Made by a program: the position numbers and the translations under genes. From positions 106,833,741 through 106,897,740 of the forward strand of contig CM041465.1 of assembly GCA_023213395.1 (NCBI GenBank): a stretch of 64,000 nt of DNA. Reading direction: 5' to 3'. The stretch comes from Cycas panzhihuaensis. Lineage: Eukaryota; Plantae; Cycadophyta. The notes beneath the pieces were generated by a model. That model searched no databases. It was not told the origin of the DNA and saw nothing but the letters and a program-made list of their open reading frames with translations. Positions 55,249-64,000 of the stretch are shown here, piece by piece. Position 1 is the first letter of the stretch. Each line of letters starts with the position of its first letter.

Positions 55249-57551
55249 GCTGTTATCGCGGTGGATAACCGCTAGAACATAGGGATGGCAATGCTCAGCT
55301 ACATCGAGATGATGTCCAGGGAAGATAAGGGGGTCCTATGGAGGTGTGGCCTATTTAAGGCCCTGAAGACACCTCAATATACGTCAGACCAACGATTATT
55401 AGTAGATATCGTATCACACTGGGACCAGAGGAGGCACGTTTTCCACCTACCCCAGGTGGGAGATATGACAGTGACACCGAGGGATATCGGCGGATCTTTG
55501 GGGTACCCGACCGGGAGGCCGGACAGCTGGGGGCCGCTTAGCAAGGCAACACACAGAGAGGCAGCAATGTTCTTCGCAGGAGCAGATAGATGAGTGAGGA
55601 GAGGAGTTCCTCTCCAAACCATGGTTATGTCCAGGATTCCTCGGGTGAGGAAGCTCATCACATTGTACATTCTATTCCAGGTTTCCCAGAAACAGAACTA
55701 TAAGGACATCCCTGGGGGATGGATGGATGTAGTACGCCGTTATGAGGCCAACGAGAGGATGGATTAGGCCACCTTGATAGCGGTGAACCTCGTCGTGCAG
55801 CTAGATGTTATCAGGACGACAAGTAGGGGAGGGCTATCCTATAGCACGCTGCTATAGTGTTAGTTCTTTGATCATTTTGGAGCAGTGGCACCAGCGGGGG
55901 GACCACACCCCATTATAGAGTGGGCCTCGATGGTCCACAGGTGGCAGACCAGGCTGAGGGGGATAGAGGACTAGGCCCATGTCTGACACTCAGTGTAGGC
56001 TACATCGCTGGACCTCCTCACTATGACAGATTATATAGCAGATCCGTATAGGACAGTGAGGTGGGATAGTGACGATGAGATAGGTGGAGCAGGGGTGCTC
56101 CTAGGTGATGATGATGATGATGGAGATGGAGGAGATGGGGCCGGCCCGTCACGACTTGCGGGAGAGGTAGGTCCATCGGGGATAGCAAGAGGAGTAGCAA
56201 GGCCATCTGGGACTACCAGCGAAGAGGCAAGCCCATCAGGGGCTGCAGAGGAGAGTAGGGGGCCAGTGATGAGGGCCTGCAGGCTACGGATCATGAGGAG
56301 ATCCAGTGAGGTGACAGGTGACCCAGTCCTAGTGAGGAAAGAGGCCCAGGCAGAGGTGGTACCAGAGGAGGAGGTACCAGCAGCTGGCAGGGAGCCAAGA
56401 TGAGAGGTTATCGTATGGGCAGAGGAGCCAGTGGCCACAACAGGTGAGGCCTAACCATTTCCCGTCATTTGATAGCCAGATAGATAGTTTTATTTGGTTT
56501 TATTTCGGTATGCAGTTGGATATATAATGATATATGGTATGTTGGATTTGTAGGTACCATAGAGATCTGGCAGTTAGTAGAGGCCATGGTGAGGGAGATG
56601 TTCCCTCAGGTGTACGCAAAGGGGCAGCTACCCATCCAGGTAGAGGACGCACCTAGATCGGCAGGTGCCCACATGGCAGCATTCACCTTGTTGGCAAGGG
56701 TGAGAGATATCTGGGCTGTGGAGTCCCATGAACATATAACATTCAGGGGACAGATGCGTGAGTCAGATGAGGCCGAGGCGGGCGGGACACGTTGCGAGGG
56801 GTCGTCGTCAGCTCTAGAGGCCATTTGGGATCCCTTAGCGGAGGCGGGCCCATCCCGACGAGGGCCTGAAGTTATGAGGAGATGTGGAGAGGCGATAGTT
56901 GAGCCAATCCTAGTGAGGAAAGAGGCTTAGGCAGAGGTGGTACCTAAGGAGGAGGTACTAGCAGCTGGCAGGGAGCCAGGAGGAGAGGTTATCGCATGGG
57001 CAGAGGGAGGGGTGGCCTGACAGGTGAGGCCTAACCATTTCCCATCATTTGATAGTCAGATAGATAGTTTGATTTGGTTTTATTTCGGTATATAGTTGTA
57101 TATATACTCACATATGGTATGCTAGATTTGTAGGTACCACAGAGATCCAGCGGTTAGTAGAGGCCATGGTGAGGGAGATGTTCCCTCAGGTGTACGCAAA
57201 GGGGCAACTGCCCATCCAGGCAGAGGACGCCTTTTAGATGTAGGTGCCCACATGGTAGCATTCACCACATTGAGGCGAGAGATATTTGGGGTCAAGGTCC
57301 AGGAGCATATAGCATTAAGGGGACGGATGCAACGGGAGCTGGATGAGGCCAGGGGCAAGCAGGACACATTACGGGGTCGCATACAGGCTCTAAAGGCTCA
57401 GGGAGGAGCATGTGGAGACACCGAGAGTAGGGTCCAGATGGCAGTCCTAGAGGAGCATCTTCGAGGGACAGAGAAGAGGTTCCGGCGTATGGAGGAGAGA
57501 CTTCGGGGAGTAGAGGGAGAGAGGGATCGTATCCAGGCTCAATACGATTAG
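55249..57551 (+). pseudogene. Antisense plant mobile domain (PMD, aminotransferase-like) gene carried by the Tat element; two 110-nt GT-AG introns; degenerate
   Basis: LLVDIVSHWDQRRHVFHLPQVGDMTVTPRDI matches the PMD signature (L.E.W...T.TFHLP.GEMT.TL.DV). It is followed by an acidic linker and a C-terminal coiled coil (LEEHLRGTEKRFRRMEERL). Introns at 56444-56553 and 57024-57133. Confidence 0.82.
56290..57390 (+). repeat. Tandem duplication (~580-bp period) of an exon-intron-exon unit in the PMD gene
   Basis: TCCTAGTGAGGAAAGAGGC...CAGGTGAGGCCTAACCATTTCCC...GAGGCCATGGTGAGGGAGATGTTCCCTCAGGTGTACGCAAAGGGGCA occurs at ~56327 and ~56908. Confidence 0.92.
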
Positions 57552-58372
57552 TTGGTAGACCAGGTGGCATCGAGGTCAAGTAGGAGCAGGATATATACCC
57601 ACATGGTAGTGATGACCTCGAGACAGCCACGTGACGAGGGGAGCGAGGCAGGGAGCTTGCGAAGGCCCATGAGGAGCCTCAGAGGGATGTGGTCGCCAGG
57701 AGAGGGATCACACAGACCAGGAGATGGTGCCCCAGGAGTAAGGCAATAATAGAGTAGGACATATATATTTAATTTTGGCAGGGGAAAGCATGGGCCTCTA
57801 GGGGGTCATATATATAGAGTCATATGATTGTACTCCCCCTGCAAGGACACCGACTTCCCATATGTACGATGTGACATATGATTTTGATGTATATATATAT
57901 ATAGACAGGGTAATTGGTGGCCCATTTTGATATGTGATGATGTGTATATCATGTGTGATAGATGATATGTATGTTATAGATGCTTTGTTATATGATGCAC
58001 ATATTTCCTTCTATGCATGGCTATATATCTAACAGGAGCACACATAACCACTATGAGTGGAAGTGATAGGCACGTGTGGGGTTAGAAATAGAGCGACATG
58101 CATGTCCATGGAGGAGCATAGCAGGATATGCGAAGGAAACACCAGGTGAGAGAGGGGGAGTAACGATACTCGGGCGTCGTCTAAGCGGGGATGCCCAAAT
58201 AGAAAGACAAAAGTCCTAAAAGGATATGGGAACACGAGTTCCACGGAAGGAACCAGAAAGGAAAAGAGGAGGCCATCCTAAGTTGCCATTCTACCCGTGG
58301 CTGGGAGAAATGGGCACAACTCATGATGGTAGTTTAGGCTCATTTCGAAATGTGTGTGAAGTGACAACAAAG

Positions 58373-59499
58373 TCACGAGTAAAACTTCTTAAGGAATTTC
58401 CCATTAACAACTTTCTCAAACTCAAGGCCTTCGAGGGTGGCAATCCTATAAGCACCATTACCGAGGGTTTCGATAATGACGAAAGGGCCAACCCATGTGG
58501 GTTTGAATTTGGTCAAACGGTCATGAAGATATTCTAATTTGAGGATGTGGTTCCCGAGAAACAAAGGACAGGAATGAAGATGTTTATCATAGGTCCTTTA
58601 TGAGTGAGCTTTGGACGTCAAGTTAGCCTGATAAGCGGCTAAACATTTCTCGTCCAAAGCCTCGAGGTCCAGAAGGCGAGTTTGACGGATCGACTCTTCA
58701 TCAATGAGACCTTGAAGAGAGACTCCCAAGGAAGGAATCTCTACCTCTAATGGGAGTACTGCCTCGATACCATAGACCGGGAGAACGGGGTCATTCCCGT
58801 GGCGGAACAGATAGAGGTGTAGTAAGCCCACAAAGTGGAAGGCAGCTAAAGGTGCCAGTCTCTTTGAGATTGAGCAATAGTTTTCTTTAAGATATTGAAG
58901 AGAGTCTTATTTAATGACTCTATCTGTTTATTTACCTGAGGATAGTAAGGAGAATAAGTCTTGTGAGAAATCTTGAATTTCTCGCAAAGCTCATCCATCT
59001 CCTTGTTATAAAAGGGGGTTCCATTGTCAGTGATTAAGACGTCCGAAATCCCGAAATGGCAAATGATGTGCTGGTAAACGAATGTAGCTATCGTTTTACC
59101 AGGAGTAGTAATTAAGGGAATGGCCTCCACCCATTTGGTGAAATATTCCATGGCAGTCAGGATAAACTTGTGCTGTGATGACGAAGGTGGAGAGATAGCC
59201 CCGATGAGGTCTAGCCCCCACTGAGCAAAAGGCCATGGAGAAATAATGGGGTGAAGGGCCTCGAAAGTCACATGGGAGATGTTAGCATGTTCCTGACATC
59301 GTCGACATCTCAAGGCAAAAGCGTGGGCATCCTTGAACAGGGACAGCCAGAAGTAACCTATGCGGAGGATCCTCTGAGCCATAGATTGGCCCCCAAAGTG
59401 ACCCCCACAAATACTGTGGTGGCATTCACAGAGTATTTGGTTAGCTTCGTCGATAGTGACGCAGCGGAGGAGGATCCCATCAAAGGACCTCTTGTACAA
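58373..59499 (-). pseudogene. Integrase of the Tat element (frameshifted)
   Basis: HHCC region CHHSICGGHF...CRRCQ, core WPFAQWGLDLIG...LITDNGTPF, and C-terminal KFKPTWVGPF...VNGKFLKKFY. Confidence 0.93.
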
Positions 59500-60245
59500 T
59501 ACTTCATCCTTGAGGAAGTATTGCCCTAACAGTCTGCTAGATGCAGATCTAACTTTACTACTAGCATGGCTGAGGCTATGATTGTGTAAGATACTACACT
59601 ATGTTGCCATACCACTCATTATCGATGAGTGGATGAGGAGATACGTCATGAATCGTCAAGATGGACTCATCAGGGAGAAAATCATCAATGGGAGTATCAA
59701 AGGAGTTAGGAATAGGGACGTCCATGAGCTGCTCGGTCACCACCATTCCCTTCTTTGATTTCTAGTTAATGATATAAAGATCGAATTCTTGAAGTAGGAT
59801 GGCCCAACGACCAACCCTACCTGTCAAATCCAAACGAGTAAGTAAGTATCACAAGGGATCGGATGGGTTTATCGACACCTTAGATCGACTTGGGCTACAA
59901 AGTCGTAGGATTTTTGGCTTCCATGGCAAAGTCTCACAGTTTTGAGAAAATCCCGAGCCCTAAATGAAATGATCAAACTGGTCATTGCCCTAGGAGGCGC
60001 AGATGTCATGATTGCTTGCCACCTTGCGGGTGGGGTGTGTAGGCAAGGAGACACTCTCACTGAAGTGTAGTTTAAGGCAAGTTAAGTCGAGACCAAAGGT
60101 GGTGGTGAGCAAATATTACCTCTGGGTTCTGGAGTCCTCTGAGCTCAACATAGTACCCAGAGCTCATCAATCTTGAGGTATAAAGAGCGAGGGGCCCTAC
60201 TTCAGGGCGGGCTAGCGTGGGAGCTAAAGTTTAGCAGGGATCAAT

Positions 60246-60824
60246 CTAGATTCCTTGTTTAGACACAAGAAATCCAAGGAGTTTGCCCAAAGTAACGATA
60301 AACACATACTTGAGCGGGTTTAGGCTAACATGATACTTGCGGCATCGTGAGAAGATAGCCCGTAAGTTGAAGGGATGATGGGCCCTGCAACGTAAGAGAC
60401 CCATCATGTCATCCATGAAGACCTCCAATGTGTTATTAATGAGGTCATGGAAGATGAAATGCATCGCTCTTTGATAAGTAGCGCCTGCATTTTTAAGGCG
60501 AAAGGGCATTGCCTTGTAGGCAAAGGTACCCCATGGTGTAGTGAAGGCCGTCTTATGGCGGTCTTCAGGAGAAATCTGGATCTGGTTATAACAAGAGAAG
60601 CCGTCCATTAAGGACATGACTTCAAATCCAGCGGTTCGATCAATGATTTGATCGATGAAGGGAAGTAGAAAGTTGTCCTTAGGACAAGCATTGTTAATAT
60701 CGTAGAAGTCGATGCATATGTGGATGGCCCCATTCTTTTTAGTAACAGGGACAATGTTGGAGACCCACTTAGGGTAATAAATGGAAGTAATGAGTCCAGC
60801 GTCCAAGAGCTTTTCAACCTCCAT
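60246..60824 (-). pseudogene. Reverse transcriptase of the Tat element
   Basis: WVSNIVPVTKKNG...CIDFYDINNACPKD...MPFRLKNAGATYQR...VFMDDM...GKLLGFLVS. Confidence 0.95.
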
Positions 60825-61897
60825 CTTAACAGTGGTTGAGAGCTTCGGGTGAAGGGGACGCTGCTTCTAGCGCACGGGGTGGGTGCTAGGGATGGTGGTG
60901 AGATTATGGGTGACAATGGAGGGATCAATTCCCTTCATGTCAGCATAATCCCATGCAAAAACATCCCGAAACTCCTAGAACAAAATAGAATACTCCCTTA
61001 CCTCATCAGAAGAGCATTCCATCCTGACCTTAATGACTTTACCAGGGGCCAAGACTATGTCTTGAGTTACCCCCATGCACATGGCATTCCCCTCCTCAAA
61101 GTGGAGAGGGGCAAGGTCAACGGGAGGAGATGGAATAGGGGACAGGATTGGGTCGATGAGTGTGGACCCAATCACAAGGATCTTCTAGTGGCCAAGCCTT
61201 TGATGACCAGAAGGCAAGTTGGGCATGAAGCCCGCTAGGTACTCGAGCAAGGCTTCATCATCCTCAAAGTAATCCACCCCATAGATGACCTTACTCCGAG
61301 TAGACAAAGTGCTAGAGGAAGTGAAAACAACGAGACCGTGATGGTCATTGGGTTACCCATCTTCCTTGCGAGACTCCAAGAGAGAGTCAAGAAGGGGCTC
61401 CCCGTAAGGAGCGAAAGGTAGTTCTTTGAAGTCATCACCTATGGGGGGTGATGAAGGGGAAGAACTGATGACAGATGAGTTTACATGAGCAATGACATGT
61501 GACACGTAGGAGTGGCTAGTCTCACCAATGAGAGAGGTTCTAGATGGGGATCTAGAACAAGATGGGCACAACCTACTGGTGCGAAGGAAAGAGACGGGGT
61601 AGAGACAATCCTCGCCCTCGTCGTGCGACTCGTCGTCACTAAACGAAGCGAGGTACCCGTAGCTCCCAACACTAATAGGAGCGAAATGTGTGAGACTAGG
61701 AAAAAAAGATGTGGGATCTTCTTCAGACAGATTGGGTATACCAATGGAGCAAGTCGAGGCATGCGTAGAGGGACCTTGGCTTGCCTGATTAGTAGGATGG
61801 GTTTGTTTAGCAAGTGGGCATTCGTGAGGAATGACCCTCATTCATTCTTCGTGGACGAATTTAGTTGTCCCCAAAGAGTCAAACACACGGCTCCCAT

Positions 61898-62617
61898 TTA
61901 GTCAAGCCATGGATAACCTAAGAGAAGGCTGTAGTCAACGTCGACGTCGAGGACTACAACATCAGTGAGGACAGTCTTGCCCTCGAGGGTGAGTGGAATC
62001 GCGACAGATCCCAATGGGATCTTCTCGCTACTGTCATAACCTTGGCATCGCCATGGAATAGGTTCCAAGGCGGAAATACCAAGCTCTTGCATGACACGCA
62101 AGGGCATGGCATTCACGGAAGAACCGTTGTCGACAACAGTCCTTCGTAGGGTACAATCAGGTGTATCGATGGTAATAGTGAATGGGAAGATCCACTGACG
62201 TTCCCTTTCACATGTGGGAGGAAGGTCCTTAGGATCAAAAGAAATAACGGGTTCACGACTTTGGGTGATGCCCAAAGCGTGAACATGCACATCATTTGAT
62301 CCTAAAGCTTCCAAGAGGAGAGCCTGTTGCTTGGGACAACTCCTCAAAACATCCATCAAGGACATTCCTACAGCAACGGTATGAAGCTCATCTACGATGG
62401 AGAAAGGCTTACCCTTTGTGGTAGGCTGGGTAAATGCCCTTCGAAAATCGTAATGACCTGGGCGCACAGGAATGTCCTTGGGGAAGAGAGTTACTTCTGG
62501 AGGAGGGTTCTCTGGAAGAGGATCGGAAGGAGTAGAGGAAGAAGCACCAGCTGCTTCTTTGGTGGCTTGAGACCGGGTAAGGGCATACGAAGGAGTAGCC
62601 CCAACCATTTGGATCAC
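61898..62617 (-). pseudogene. Aspartic protease region of the Tat element
   Basis: RTVVDNGSSVNAMP...YSLLLGYPWL retropepsin motifs. Confidence 0.9.
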
Positions 62618-64000
62618 CTTCTTCCCCTTGTTTCGGGGCTACGAAGGTGATGGGGTGCGACAACTAGGGGAACGGGAGGAAGAGGATGAATCCCAAGCAC
62701 CCTTCCCTTTATCGCGGGAAGGACGGGAATTTGGCAATCTTCCTCAGTTCTGATTATTATTGGATTAAGTGTTGTGATCGTGTTCCCCATGTTTAGGGAA
62801 TGGATCCTTGTGAACTGGTTGGTCTAAATTAGGCCTTGAGGCCTGTTTAGGGGAGGAGTCACGTCGAGGGGCATCCTTAGGATCTTTGGGCCCTGGCGTG
62901 AGTCATCGTGGAAGCACTCCCCATGAATGGAGCACCACTTCTTCTCAAGCGAGGGATCTGTCTTCCTCGTTTGAGAGGACTGGGCACTTCCATTCCTGGG
63001 GAGGGAAGCTTGGGTTACTTGTTGAACTTGTTTGTTGGATGTTGGAGATGAAGGAGCTTGTAACTTGAGTTCCTTCATCATATGTTCAAACGAACGTATG
63101 GCAGATGTGAGGGGATCTAAAGTCTTCTTAGTTTGATGAGAAGAGGATTTAGAGAATTATTGAGGTTTAGTATCCTTGATTGAAGGTGGTGCCTCACGTT
63201 GCTGTGAGTGCTGGAGAGGCTTCTTGAGTCCAACTTGGATCTCAATAGCCTCCAACGCTAAGCACTTGGCAATCACAGAGTCACATGTGGTCGCCCCCAT
63301 TTTAAGGACTTCCACATATACTTCGGGATAAAGTGCATTAATGAAAAGGTCTCTCTTCAACTCCTTAGGCAACGTGGCCTTAGTGGAGTGAAGAAGGTCA
63401 TGGAATCGTCGCACAAAGTCACGATTCATCTCATCGTGGCCTTATTTGAGTGATAAGAGGGATTTCATTCCGCTCTCAAATGGACGAGATACATCAAAGT
63501 AGTTGATGAATTCGTCCACCAATTGCTGGAATGAAAAGATAGAGTGGGCAGGGAGGCGATAAAACTACTTAAGGGCATCGCCCTGCAAAGATCGTGGAAA
63601 CAATTTCATTAAAATATGGTCGTAAGCCCAGTAATCTATACATGCCATAGAAAAACTATGCACGTGTTCAGCTGGGTCTTACGACGAAGTTCCATCAAAT
63701 CTAGGAATTCAGGAGGATGAGGCAGCAAATTAGTCCTTAATGCCTTAATGGATAAAGGTGTTGACCTATAGTCCATGAAGGGACGTGGCCTAGCCTCGAC
63801 CATAGGATCAACGAATGATGTAGTAGGTAGAGAGCAAGGAACAGACGGGGGCGGAAAACCCATCCCTCCTTGAGGAAATGCCCCTTACTAGAAGGGGGCT
63901 TGAGGATAAGTGCCTTCAAAGGGAGCCGGGTTCCCTTGAGAAGGCATGGCAAAAGGGACTGTGCTAGATGGTGGAAAAGAGGGATGTGGAACTGGGTTTT

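Larger units (their letters stand above)
50448..64000 (-). mobile_element. Tat-type Ty3/gypsy retrotransposon (gag-PR-RT-[RH replaced]-INT, antisense PMD gene, additional RNase H, PPT, 2.8-kb 3' LTR); continues past window end
   Basis: gag ~63100-63900, PR (RTVVDNGSSVNAM) 61898-62617, RT 60246-60824, INT 58373-59499. PPT CCAAGGGGGCAG at 53214-53225 abuts an LTR bounded by TGTTT/AAACA (53213-50448). Confidence 0.9.

Overview
Land-plant nuclear DNA. The very long CHUP1 intron and the retroelement architectures suggest a large gymnosperm-type genome; this is inference. The only host gene is the 5' part of CHUP1 (CHLOROPLAST UNUSUAL POSITIONING 1) on the minus strand. It has five coding exons at 6909-3699 with a 1-bp frameshift in an A-run, and the remaining exons lie beyond the window start. 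Everything from about 13.6 kb onward is a nested graveyard of LTR retroelements: two Tat-type Ty3/gypsy copies, a chromovirus, an Athila-like element, Ty1/copia remnants, solo LTRs and a complete TRIM, plus a 1.3-kb (TA)n tract and a 500-N gap. The most interesting object is the Tat-type element at 50448->64000. Downstream of integrase it carries an antisense, intron-containing plant-mobile-domain (PMD) gene with its own TATA box. This gene sits back-to-back with a stand-alone archaeal-type RNase H ORF, and the native RNase H in pol has been replaced by foreign DNA. Other notable structures are a TRIM whose internal region is an inverted copy of its own LTR, and an 8-kb captured block flanked by 335-bp direct repeats.
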